A stretch of DNA of 64,000 nt from an uncultured delta proteobacterium. GTDB taxonomy: Bacteria > Desulfobacterota > Binatia > Binatales > Binataceae. Positions 18,128 through 26,888 of the stretch are shown piece by piece. Position numbers and translations under genes: made by a program. The stretch covers positions 128,001 through 192,000 of the forward strand of contig CAVQEQ010000003.1 of NCBI GenBank assembly GCA_963711565.1, read 5' to 3'. Position 1 is the stretch's first letter, and each line of letters starts with the position of its first letter. The notes below the pieces were generated by a model, which searched no databases, was not told the DNA's origin, and saw nothing but the letters and a program-made list of their open reading frames with translations.

Positions 18128-18649
18128 ATGATTGTCGAAGAAATCAAAAAACTGATTCGCAATGTCCCGGACTTTCCGAAGCCCGGAATAATGTTCCGCG
18201 ACTTCACGCCGCTGATCGCCGACGCGCGCGGTCTCGCCGCGGTGGTCGATCAGCTGGCCGAGCCTTATCTCGGCAAAGTCGACGCCGTGGTCGGAATCGA
18301 GTCGCGCGGCTTCATCGTCGGCGCGCCCGTGGCGTATCGGTTGGGCGTGGGCCTGGCGATCGCGCGCAAGCCCGGCAAGCTCCCGTTTCATACTTACGAT
18401 CAGGCGTACGATCTCGAGTACGGCAGCGCGACGCTGCAGATGCATCAGGACGCGCTTGCGGGCAAGGGTCGCGTGCTCCTGGTCGACGACCTGCTCGCGA
18501 CCGGCGGCACCGCGGCGGCCGCACTGCAACTGGTCCGGAAGCTCGGTGGCAACGTGATTGGATGCGCGTTCGTGGTCGAGCTCGACGCGCTCAAGGGTCG
18601 CGAGCGCCTCGCGCCAGTGAACTGCTACTCGCTGATCCACTATGATTAA
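18128..18649 (+). CDS. apt: Adenine phosphoribosyltransferase
   Basis: PDFPKPGI, ESRGF, RKPGKLP, LEYG, VDDLLATGGT motifs. Confidence 0.97.
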   Translation: MIVEEIKKLIRNVPDFPKPGIMFRDFTPLIADARGLAAVVDQLAEPYLGKVDAVVGIESRGFIVGAPVAYRLGVGLAIARKPGKLPFHTYDQAYDLEYGSATLQMHQDALAGKGRVLLVDDLLATGGTAAAALQLVRKLGGNVIGCAFVVELDALKGRERLAPVNCYSLIHYD

Positions 18650-18652
18650 GCA

Positions 18653-19570
18653 ATGCAGACCTCGACGGACAACCGCGAACCACGGGCACATGCGCGGTCG
18701 GATCAGCGCCGCCTGCTAGTCGTCCTCGGCGTCACCTCGGTTTATTTCCTCACCGAACTCGCCGGCGGATACCTGACGGGCAGCCTCGCGCTGCTTTCCG
18801 ACGCGGTCCACATGCTCACCGATATCGCCGCGCTCTGCCTGGGTCTGCTGACCTTGTGGATATCGGCGCGGCCGGCATCGTCGGCAAAGTCCTACGGCTA
18901 TCTGCGCGCGGAGATACTCGGCGCGCTGCTCAACGGCCTCTTCCTGTGGGTGCTGGTGGTCTTCATCTGGATCGAAGCGTTCGAGCGATTGCGAAACCCG
19001 CACCCGGTTTCTGGCTTGGGCGTCATGGCGGTCGCGATCGTCGGCATCGGCGTGAACACCTTCTCGGCGTGGATGACCTCGACGGACGCGCAGGGCGGCC
19101 CGAGGCGAGGAATGGCGATGCGCGCGGTGTTCGTGCACGTCATTTCCGATCTCGTTGGATCGATCGGCGTGCTCGCGTCCGGCGCGGTCACCTACTTCAC
19201 GGGCTGGATGCAAGCCGATCCCGCGGTGAGTATCTTGATAGGATGCCTGGTGCTGTACGGGTCATGGGGTCTTGTGCGCGAAGGCGTGGACATCCTCATG
19301 GAATCGGTCCCGCGACACATCGACCTCAACGAGATGCGTACCGACCTGCTGGCCGTCAGCGGCACCGAGGAAGTTCACGACCTTCACGTCTGGTGTCTGA
19401 CGACCCGGCAGTTCGCGCTGTCGGCGCATGCGGTGGTCGCGGCGGACGCGGATCGCGACCGAGTGCTCGCTGACATGTGCCATCTGCTGCAGACCAAGTT
19501 TGACATCCATCACCTGACACTGCAGCTCGAGTGCGACAACCGCCGCCAACACGAGCCGGAACATTTCTGA
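18653..19570 (+). CDS. CDF family metal efflux transporter (CzcD/ZitB-like)
   Basis: SLALLSDAVHMLTD, YGYLRAE, HVISD, VHDLHVW motifs. Confidence 0.94.
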   Translation: MQTSTDNREPRAHARSDQRRLLVVLGVTSVYFLTELAGGYLTGSLALLSDAVHMLTDIAALCLGLLTLWISARPASSAKSYGYLRAEILGALLNGLFLWVLVVFIWIEAFERLRNPHPVSGLGVMAVAIVGIGVNTFSAWMTSTDAQGGPRRGMAMRAVFVHVISDLVGSIGVLASGAVTYFTGWMQADPAVSILIGCLVLYGSWGLVREGVDILMESVPRHIDLNEMRTDLLAVSGTEEVHDLHVWCLTTRQFALSAHAVVAADADRDRVLADMCHLLQTKFDIHHLTLQLECDNRRQHEPEHF

Positions 19571-19574
19571 TCGC

Positions 19575-20210
19575 ATGAACGCCGACAAGACAATTTTTTA
19601 CGACATCAACACGCAGCGCGACTTCATCCTGCCCGACGGCAAATTTCATATCGAGGGCGCCGAGAAGATCGTGCCGACGTGGAAGGCGCTTACCGATCTC
19701 GCGCGCGATCAGAAAGTGCAAATCGTATGCTCGGTCGATTGCCACGTTCCCGGCGACCCGCAGTTGAAGAGTTGGGGCGGACCGTATCCCGATCATTGCA
19801 TGGCGGGTACCCTCGGTCAGCAGAAGATCGACGAGACCAGGCCGCTCAATCCGCTGATGCTCGAAGATCGGGAATACACGCCCGACGAGATCAAGCAGAT
19901 CCTCGACCATGATGGGGAGATCGTTTTTCGCCGCCAGCAGTTCGAGAAGCTCGCCGACAGCGCCCACCTGAGCGCCATCTTGCGGCTGGTGCTGCGCCCC
20001 TACCAGGACATCGTGATGTACGGCGTGTACACGGAATCATGCGTCGAACGCGAGATCAGCGCGCTCGTCGGACTCGGCCCGAAACTCCACCTTGTGCGCG
20101 ACGCCGTCGCAGTCATCGGCGGCGAATCACCAATCTTCCACGAGAAGTTGCAGCAGGAAGGCGTCAACCTGATCTCTTTCGACGAGCTCAAGCTGCAAAT
20201 GCTCAACTGA
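19575..20210 (+). CDS. Isochorismatase/nicotinamidase family protein, possibly degenerate
   Basis: DI(N)TQRDF, DCH, PDHCMAGT, GVYTESCV motifs. Confidence 0.8.
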   Translation: MNADKTIFYDINTQRDFILPDGKFHIEGAEKIVPTWKALTDLARDQKVQIVCSVDCHVPGDPQLKSWGGPYPDHCMAGTLGQQKIDETRPLNPLMLEDREYTPDEIKQILDHDGEIVFRRQQFEKLADSAHLSAILRLVLRPYQDIVMYGVYTESCVEREISALVGLGPKLHLVRDAVAVIGGESPIFHEKLQQEGVNLISFDELKLQMLN

Positions 20211-21103
20211 TGGCCACGTCTGAACCGATCGATCCGCGCGCCGACGACGAGGGCGCGCAGGAATTTTACGACGAGCCCTGGGTCACCCCGCCGTTTCAGC
20301 CGATCCGCGCGATCGGGGCTCTAATCCTGATCGCATCCGGCTTCGGGCTGTATGAATACGTGCTGGTATCGTTCTGGTCGGTGCCGTGGATGGGCATTCA
20401 CGATCGAACTCCATGGCCGGCGTTCGCGATCCTGGCCTGTGCGATTGTCGTTTCGATTTTAGGCCTGCGACTCGCGCTCGGACTTTATTCGCCGCACGCC
20501 AAGCTCGGCTTCGGCCTGTTCGCATTCCTTGCATGCATCGTCGTCGGCGCAGGCGGCGGCCGATTCGTCAGTTATGCGATGCGCGCGACGCTCAATCCGC
20601 CGTTCACGTTAAGGCTCGCCGTCGGACAACAATTCCCGAGCTTCGCGCTCACCGATCAAAATGATTCGACTCACCGCGGGCCTGCGCAGAGCGATGCGGC
20701 CGCCACGTTGATCTATATCTATCGCGGCGACTACGACCCGTTTGCTCGCTTCGAGCTCGCGGAGCTGACGGCGCACGCCGGCGAGTTTCGCCGCGCCGGC
20801 GTTGACACCGTCGCAATCAGCACCGATCAGATCGAACGATCGAAAATGCTCGCGGGATTTCTGCGCACGAAAATCCCGCTGCTGAGCGACAACAGCGAAT
20901 CGATAGTCGCGCCGCTCGGCCTCGTGCAACATCATCGCAACGGCGAGCCCGACAACGCGATACCCGCGTTTTTTGTCGTCGATCGAAATGGCGTCGTGCG
21001 ATGGATCTTCACGTCGCCTTACTACCGCGAGTTGCCGCGGCCGGACACTCTCCTCGACGCCGCGAAATCGGTCACGGTATCGCCGACAGCATCGCCGCAG
21101 TAG
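20210..21103 (+). CDS. Membrane-anchored AhpC/TSA (peroxiredoxin-like) fold protein lacking CxxC
   Basis: Three TM segments, then VGQQFPSFALTD, YRGDYDPFA, VAISTD, LLSD, PAFFVVDRNGVVRW. Confidence 0.8.
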   Translation: MATSEPIDPRADDEGAQEFYDEPWVTPPFQPIRAIGALILIASGFGLYEYVLVSFWSVPWMGIHDRTPWPAFAILACAIVVSILGLRLALGLYSPHAKLGFGLFAFLACIVVGAGGGRFVSYAMRATLNPPFTLRLAVGQQFPSFALTDQNDSTHRGPAQSDAAATLIYIYRGDYDPFARFELAELTAHAGEFRRAGVDTVAISTDQIERSKMLAGFLRTKIPLLSDNSESIVAPLGLVQHHRNGEPDNAIPAFFVVDRNGVVRWIFTSPYYRELPRPDTLLDAAKSVTVSPTASPQ

Positions 21104-21716
21104 CAATCGCGGGCGAGTCCGCGGCGAATATCGCGCCGATCGATGCAACTCCAGCTGGCCGTGTCGATGCCAGCAGTTCGCGCGCGCGATCGGGTGTGAT
21201 GCCGCCGAGTGCGAAGACCGGAATCGCGCCTGCGACGCACGCCGCCTTGAGGCCGCTCGCACCCCACGCGGGCCTGGAGGCCGGCTTGGACAGCGGATCG
21301 AAGACCGGACCGAAGACCGCGAAGTCGGCGCCCTCGCGCGCGGCGCCGGCAACGTCGGGTGGCGAGTGACTCGACACCCCGACAAGCCGATCCGGACCGA
21401 GCAGTTTGCGCGCCATGCTGACGCCGATCGAATCGAACGGCAGATGAACACCGTCGGCGTTTGCTGCGATTGCCACGTCAACGCGATCGTTCACGATCAG
21501 CGGCGCACCGGCGCGCGTGCAAATCTCGCGAAGGCAGAGCGCCAGCTGGTAGAGCTCGCGCGCGGGCAAATCCTTTTCGCGGAGTTGCAACGCGACCGCT
21601 CCGGGCGGCGCGGCCGACAGCGCGGCCTCGCACGCGGAGACGAGGTCGCCGCCCTTTACGACGTGGCGATCTGTGATGAGATAAAGCCGAAAGCTGACGC
21701 GCGCACGCGGCGACAA
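21072..21716 (-). CDS. thiE: Thiamine phosphate synthase
   Basis: LYLITD, QLREKD, VNDRVDVA, GVH, SSH, ALGGIT motifs; in the thi operon (TenI-like not excluded). Confidence 0.88.
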   Translation of the reverse strand: MSPRARVSFRLYLITDRHVVKGGDLVSACEAALSAAPPGAVALQLREKDLPARELYQLALCLREICTRAGAPLIVNDRVDVAIAANADGVHLPFDSIGVSMARKLLGPDRLVGVSSHSPPDVAGAAREGADFAVFGPVFDPLSKPASRPAWGASGLKAACVAGAIPVFALGGITPDRARELLASTRPAGVASIGAIFAADSPAIATAAMLSAIP

Positions 21717-21723
21717 GGCGCGC

Positions 21724-22500
21724 CTACCCTATCAGGCCGGTCAGCGGGCTCGACGCGGTCGCGTAGAGCTTGCGCTCGATTCGGCCAGCGCAATACGCGA
21801 GGCGGCCGGCCTCGACGGCAAGCTTCATCGCACGCGCCATTGCAAGAGGATCTTTTGCACCCGCGATCGCGGTGTTCATCAGCACGCCGTCGCATCCGAG
21901 TTCCATCGCCACCGCCGCGTCGGACGCCGTGCCGACGCCCGCATCGACAATCACCGGTACCTTCGCCTGTTCGATAATAATCGCGAGGTTGAATGGATTG
22001 CGGATTCCCAGGCCGGAACCAATCGGCGCCGCCAGCGGCATCACGGCCACGCATCCGATCTCCTGGAGCCGCAGGCAAGTAACGGGATCGTCGGTGACAT
22101 AGGGCATCACCTTGAATCCTTCCTTGACCAGCACGCGCGCCGCTTCGAGCGTCGCGGCAACGTCGGGAAACAGCGTCTGGTTGTCGCCGATCACCTCGAG
22201 CTTCACGAGATCGCCGACGCCGACCTCGCGGGCGAGGCGGCAGGTGCGAATCGCCTCTTCGGCGGTGAAGCATCCAGCGGTGTTGGGCAGAATCTGGTAG
22301 CGCTTTGGATCCAGATAGTCGAGCAAATTTTCCTTGCCTCGATCGGTGATGTTTACGCGGCGCACCGCGACCGTCACGATCTCGGCGCCGCTCTCTTCGA
22401 CTGCGGCTTTGGTCTCGGCGAAATCGCGATACTTGCCGGTGCCGACAATCAGCCGCGACTTGAATTTTTTCCCGCCAAGCTCAAATGGCATGTCTTCCAT
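21724..22500 (-). CDS. thiG: Thiazole synthase
   Basis: [40 protein letters not shown] motifs. Confidence 0.97.
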   Translation of the reverse strand: MEDMPFELGGKKFKSRLIVGTGKYRDFAETKAAVEESGAEIVTVAVRRVNITDRGKENLLDYLDPKRYQILPNTAGCFTAEEAIRTCRLAREVGVGDLVKLEVIGDNQTLFPDVAATLEAARVLVKEGFKVMPYVTDDPVTCLRLQEIGCVAVMPLAAPIGSGLGIRNPFNLAIIIEQAKVPVIVDAGVGTASDAAVAMELGCDGVLMNTAIAGAKDPLAMARAMKLAVEAGRLAYCAGRIERKLYATASSPLTGLIG

Positions 22501-22506
22501 AATTAC

Positions 22507-22725
22507 CTATCCGCCGCCGACGAAGTTGATTATCTCGACGTGATCGCCCGCGCGCACGATGGTCACGTCGTAGTTGGCCTTGGGCACGATTTCGCGGTTG
22601 ATCTCGACCGCGACCCGGCCGCGGCGCATGTTGAGACGTTCGAGCAGCTCCGCCAGTGGAGTGTCGGAGTGGAGCGGGTAGCGATCGCCGTTGAGGATGA
22701 TTGAAGTTGCAGTGGAGTCCAGCAT
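22507..22725 (-). CDS. thiS: Sulfur carrier protein ThiS
   Basis: Ubiquitin-like size, C-terminal FVGGG. Confidence 0.96.
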   Translation of the reverse strand: MLDSTATSIILNGDRYPLHSDTPLAELLERLNMRRGRVAVEINREIVPKANYDVTIVRAGDHVEIINFVGGG

Positions 22726-22731
22726 TAGTGA

Positions 22732-22757
22732 GCCGCTTCTCCGGTGAGGGAAGCGGC
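22732..22757 (-). promoter_or_regulatory. SD-sequestering hairpin (riboswitch expression platform)
   Basis: GCCGCTTC/GAAGCGGC stem overlaps the GGAGAAG RBS of thiS. Confidence 0.6.
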
Positions 22758-22785
22758 CCAGGCGCAGCCCGAACGCTGCGCCGAT

Positions 22786-22869
22786 GGCTTCCCTACGCCG
22801 GCATGACCCGGATCAGGTTCGAGGGGTTCTCCCGCAGGAGCTCTCAGTGCGTCAAGCACACCCCCAGCC
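22786..22869 (-). ncRNA. TPP riboswitch
   Basis: GGGG..CUGAGA..ACCC..GAACCUGAUCCGGGUCAUGCCGGCGUAGGGAA consensus upstream of thiSGE. Confidence 0.96.
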
Positions 22870-22876
22870 GGTTTTC

Positions 22877-22905
22877 ACTATACGACTATGGGCGAGGGGT
22901 GTCAA
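22877..22905 (-). promoter_or_regulatory. Sigma70 promoter of the thi operon
   Basis: TTGACA-N17-TATAGT, ending just before the riboswitch. Confidence 0.8.
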
Positions 22906-22987
22906 AAATAGACGAGTCGGCAGGTGGACGCGCGGACAAGTGTGGTGTACAAATATGCACAACCTGTACTAGCTTGAAAGAACCCAG

Positions 22988-23257
22988 ATGAAGAGGAAAT
23001 TCGATTTCAGCAAGGCCAGGCGGGGGCCTGTTGTCCCTCCTGCGCCGGGAAAGACTGAAGTAACGATTCGGCTCGACAACGATGTAATCGAGCATTTCCA
23101 GAACATTGTCGATCGGGCGGGCGGCGGAAACTACCAGACGATGATCAATGCGGCGCTGCGCGAATATATCCAGGGCGCGCGGCTGGAGGCGGTCGTACGT
23201 CGCGCGGTTCGTAAGGAGGTCGAGGCGGTCAAGGAGGCTCTGGCGAAAACGGGCTGA
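22988..23257 (+). CDS. BrnA family antitoxin (RHH), no adjacent toxin
   Basis: FDFSKARRG..VTIRLDNDVIEHF..NYQTMINAALREYI. Confidence 0.88.
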   Translation: MKRKFDFSKARRGPVVPPAPGKTEVTIRLDNDVIEHFQNIVDRAGGGNYQTMINAALREYIQGARLEAVVRRAVRKEVEAVKEALAKTG

Positions 23258-23274
23258 AAGCCGGGGAGACAGCT

Positions 23275-24042
23275 ATGGCTGCGATATCTGCGATTGTCGA
23301 GCAAATTATCGATGGGGCGGGATTCGTGCTGATGCCGAAGCTGATGGACGCGGGCGACGCGGCGTTCGCGCGTGCACGTGCGCTGGAAGTCGCCGCGTCG
23401 CCGGCTGCTTCCGAGCTCGGCAGACGCAATGAAAAGATCGGCCAGCAGCATATTCGCGGGCTGCTTGCGCATGGCGAGATATTCGAGCGCCTCGTGCAGC
23501 ATCCGGCGATTGTCGAAGTCGCCGAGGCGACGCTTGGCGACGACATGATGCTCGGCGCGTACTCGGCGCGGATTCTGTATCCGGCGGCGACCGAGATGGG
23601 AGTTCATATCGACTATCCGTACTGGGCGATGCGCGGGCCGTTCGCGCTGCGGCCGCCGCTGATGGTGCAAGTCATCTGGATGCTGCAGGATTTCACCGAA
23701 CAGAACGGCGCAACGCTGGTCGCGCCGCGCAGTCAGTTGCGATGCGCGCGGCCGAATCGCGAGGAATTCGCGCGCGAGGCGATCAAGATCACCGGCGACG
23801 CCGGCGACGCGATCATTTCGCATGGTCTACTGTGGCATGACACTTCGCAAAATCACACCGGAGAGCCGCGCGTCGCTCTGCTGATAAACTACGGCCTGAA
23901 GGTGATTCGGCCGCTCGATTCCGAGATAGCGAAAGTTCCGGCCGCCGTGCTCGAACGCGCGACGCCGAAGCTTCGCCAATTGTTAGGCTTGGAATTCGGC
24001 AAATCGCTCGCGCGCGATCTGACGAGAGGCGGGTTGTACTGA
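23275..24042 (+). CDS. Phytanoyl-CoA dioxygenase family protein
   Basis: HID..DFTEQNGAT..LWH..R Fe(II)/2OG pattern. Confidence 0.88.
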   Translation: MAAISAIVEQIIDGAGFVLMPKLMDAGDAAFARARALEVAASPAASELGRRNEKIGQQHIRGLLAHGEIFERLVQHPAIVEVAEATLGDDMMLGAYSARILYPAATEMGVHIDYPYWAMRGPFALRPPLMVQVIWMLQDFTEQNGATLVAPRSQLRCARPNREEFAREAIKITGDAGDAIISHGLLWHDTSQNHTGEPRVALLINYGLKVIRPLDSEIAKVPAAVLERATPKLRQLLGLEFGKSLARDLTRGGLY

Positions 24043-24077
24043 TTCTGAAGAGCGACTCGCCTCAGCCGCCGTTTGCG

Positions 24078-24593
24078 TCATTTTCTCCAGAGGCTGTTCA
24101 ATAGCAAAGCGGCAAGAAAGACGTTCGCGTTGGGCTTGCTCTTAATAATATTCCAATCGGAGAATGCCCGCTCAGCTAGATCAATTTTTTGAAGCACGTC
24201 ATTTCGATCGAAGAGCGCGCCAGCATCGTCATCGGCTGTATGCCGAGCCTCCTGGAGCTCGACAAACGCATTAGCGATTCTCTTGAACTCTGGTTCCAAT
24301 GGAGGCATGACCAACTGATTAAGATGACGCGGCAGCGACGACGCAGCAGTCGCACGCCAATAAGTTTGACACACTTCCTTCATCCTCCCGTGATCGAACG
24401 CGCGCTGCACGCGATTGCGAAGGCCAGAGGGATTCGGAGGAGCGAGCCTTCTTGCCCCCTCCGAGGCGAGCAGATGAAATAGTGCATAGTATGCCGTTGA
24501 TACAGATCGACGGAGGCTCGCCTGTTTCGGTTTCTTCGGTTCCTTCTGCGCAAGGTGGCTCGCTTGCGCGAGAAGATCTCTTGACAGTGCCAA
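24078..24593 (-). CDS. HEPN-like domain protein
   Basis: LRRSVSTAYYALFH and LQEARHTAD motifs; lower GC than flanks. Confidence 0.7.
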   Translation of the reverse strand: MALSRDLLAQASHLAQKEPKKPKQASLRRSVSTAYYALFHLLASEGARRLAPPNPSGLRNRVQRAFDHGRMKEVCQTYWRATAASSLPRHLNQLVMPPLEPEFKRIANAFVELQEARHTADDDAGALFDRNDVLQKIDLAERAFSDWNIIKSKPNANVFLAALLLNSLWRK

Positions 24594-24623
24594 AATTCGC
24601 TTTGAGTCGGGTCCGCGTTCGAT

Positions 24624-24914
24624 CTAGGCTGCGGAGCGAAGCCTGATGTATGGCTCTCGCGGCACGTTGTTCTGAAAGATCTCAGTCTTAATCGATCTTC
24701 CTAGCTCATTGATCTGACCTAACTCCCCTTTGGTCAACTTGGACTTCGGCTCGATTAATAGCCAGATCCATACGGCGGGCTGATCAGTCGAGTCTTCCCC
24801 CAACTCCACGTCAGATCCGACGATCAAGGGAAGCGGGCGCCTCTTTAGGACGCGGTTCACCAATCTTCGAATCTGCGCCTCTTCCCTGGATAAGGTTTTG
24901 TACGCAATTGCCAC
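24624..24914 (-). CDS. Small hypothetical protein, probable partner of the HEPN-like gene
   Basis: GEDSTDQPAVWIWLL core; co-oriented, lower GC; TGgTACAGT 6 nt before GTG at 24914. Confidence 0.6.
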   Translation of the reverse strand: MAIAYKTLSREEAQIRRLVNRVLKRRPLPLIVGSDVELGEDSTDQPAVWIWLLIEPKSKLTKGELGQINELGRSIKTEIFQNNVPREPYIRLRSAA

Positions 24915-25078
24915 AAGGCAACTGTACCACTGTCGGATTTGTGCTTCCACGCCGGACGTTCCAACTATGAAGCGGCTTTTCGGTATGAATTGCGGTTTTC
25001 GCGGTCAACTGTCCAGTCGAAATTGCTCACCGGTTGACGGGAAAGGCTCGTTTGGACATCATTCGACGCACCATTGTC

Positions 25079-26377
25079 ATGACGCAATCAGACAACAATT
25101 CTCGCGATGATGATTTCCGCGATCCTGCTATCTCGGAAGCGTTGGCGAAGATCGCTAAGGAGCGTGGGTGGTCTGAGGAGTTGACTCGGAGGATTGCGGG
25201 GGCGCGCGTGCCGGTCTCGTCGCTTTATTCGTGGAGCTGGTTTGGGCTTTCGCTGGAGCAGACTGCGGCGCAGCTTGGCTGGTACGAGCGGATGACGACC
25301 GGCGATTTGCGCGGGCGCGACGCGACCTATGCCGACAACGAGGAATTTTCGGCGCTGTGGTCCGATTCGCCCGAGGAGATCGCCGGCTGGGAAATTATCG
25401 TCGAGCGCGGGCCGGACGCATTCGCGCAGTTCAGGCTGCAGCAGAATGTTCAAATCCCGATCCTATTGCTCGGGCCCGAGATCGTGGCGTGCTGCGCGTT
25501 CTCGCGGCGCAAGGTGCTGATCGACGGGCGACCTTTTTCGGTGCAATACGGACAGGCGCTGCGCGTGAGGCGCGCCTATCGCCGGCTCGGCTATGGCGAC
25601 CAGGTGCGGCGGCTCGCGATGCCGCCGGGAATCGCACGGCCGTCGGTCGGCCAATACGACATCATGCGATCGCAGAATTTTGCGGTGGTGAACTGGTGGC
25701 AGAAGTACAGCCCGCAATTTTTTGAGAACACGCCGACGCGCGAAGGCGCGGTACCGGGTCTCCCGATTTCCGTTTCGCAATATCCTGCCGACGCGCGCGC
25801 CGATGACGATCGCGCTATTCGGCCGGTGCGGCGCGAGGACCTGGCGGCGTGCGCCGCACTCATCAATCGCACTCACGCCGGATTAGATCTGTTCCGGCCG
25901 TACAGCGCCGAGTATCTCGAAGATGTGCTAGACGAAGGCTTCTGGGGCGAGCGGCCGAAGCCGACCGGCAATCCGCAGATGGATTGGTGGAAGAGCGTTT
26001 ATGGATGGACCGACTACTTCGTGCTCGAAGAGGCGGGACGCATCCGCGCGTGCGGAGGCCTGTGGGATCGCGGCCGCGATATGCGCGAGCAATGGCGCTG
26101 TATCGGCGGCAATGAGCATCGCTCGATCGCGATCGCATGCGTGCTGGATTTCGGATACGACGAAGGGGCCGAGGAATGCATGGCGCGGCTGATCCGATGG
26201 ATGATCGGGCGCACGCATGAGCTGGGGCGCGACTACCTCGCGATTCCGATCGAGCATCTGCCGGCACTGGTCGCGCTGATGGAAAAGTCGCGACCGGAAC
26301 TCGACACGCGCGCGTTGCGATGGGGGCTGAAGGAGCCGCCGATCAGGCGCCCCTACACGGACCTGCGCTACTGGTAG
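25079..26377 (+). CDS. Hypothetical protein with probable tandem GNAT-like folds
   Basis: LRVRRAYRRLGYG acetyl-CoA-binding-like motif; second IRPVRREDLAACAALIN segment. Confidence 0.65.
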   Translation: MTQSDNNSRDDDFRDPAISEALAKIAKERGWSEELTRRIAGARVPVSSLYSWSWFGLSLEQTAAQLGWYERMTTGDLRGRDATYADNEEFSALWSDSPEEIAGWEIIVERGPDAFAQFRLQQNVQIPILLLGPEIVACCAFSRRKVLIDGRPFSVQYGQALRVRRAYRRLGYGDQVRRLAMPPGIARPSVGQYDIMRSQNFAVVNWWQKYSPQFFENTPTREGAVPGLPISVSQYPADARADDDRAIRPVRREDLAACAALINRTHAGLDLFRPYSAEYLEDVLDEGFWGERPKPTGNPQMDWWKSVYGWTDYFVLEEAGRIRACGGLWDRGRDMREQWRCIGGNEHRSIAIACVLDFGYDEGAEECMARLIRWMIGRTHELGRDYLAIPIEHLPALVALMEKSRPELDTRALRWGLKEPPIRRPYTDLRYW

Positions 26378-26407
26378 CGGCGAGTATCGGCAGCGTCGCG
26401 ACCGGCG

Positions 26408-26869
26408 TCATTTTCGCGAAGCAGCGCCTTTCCAGGCGGCAAGCAGCGCGGAGAAGTCGGACGGCTGCTCTTCGTAGGAGAGAATGCCATCGACCAGCGC
26501 CCACGGTTGAGCGCTCAACGTCCAGAGCTGCGCGACTGGTTTGATCCAGCTGGTGTCATCCAAAGTTCCGGCGCGAACATTGATCGTCGGGCGGCCTTCT
26601 CTCAGTGTGGATATCCGCGAATAGCAGGATGGGCATAGCAAGGAGACGTTGGAGCCGCCGCCGGGGATGGGTCGCTCTTTTCGGATCGGATTGCCCGCGG
26701 TCACCTCGAGGCCATCGGCAGGGATCACAATCGACATACTGAATGCGCTGCCGGTCCTCTTCTGACACAGATGGCAGTGGCAGATATAGGCAGTGAGAGG
26801 CGCTCGCGTTACGAGGTATCGGATCTCGCCGCAGTTGCATCCACCATGCATTGGAAGTGTGAAGGTCAT
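26408..26869 (-). CDS. GFA family protein
   Basis: GGCNCGEIRY, CHCHLCQKRTGSAF, CPSC, GTLDD, AQPW motifs. Confidence 0.93.
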   Translation of the reverse strand: MTFTLPMHGGCNCGEIRYLVTRAPLTAYICHCHLCQKRTGSAFSMSIVIPADGLEVTAGNPIRKERPIPGGGSNVSLLCPSCYSRISTLREGRPTINVRAGTLDDTSWIKPVAQLWTLSAQPWALVDGILSYEEQPSDFSALLAAWKGAASRK

Positions 26870-26888
26870 GATTGAGGTATCGTAGGTC

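Noticed and set aside
20720-20750. Selenocysteine in the Prx-like protein
   Set aside because: No in-frame TGA; the codons are GAC and GCT.
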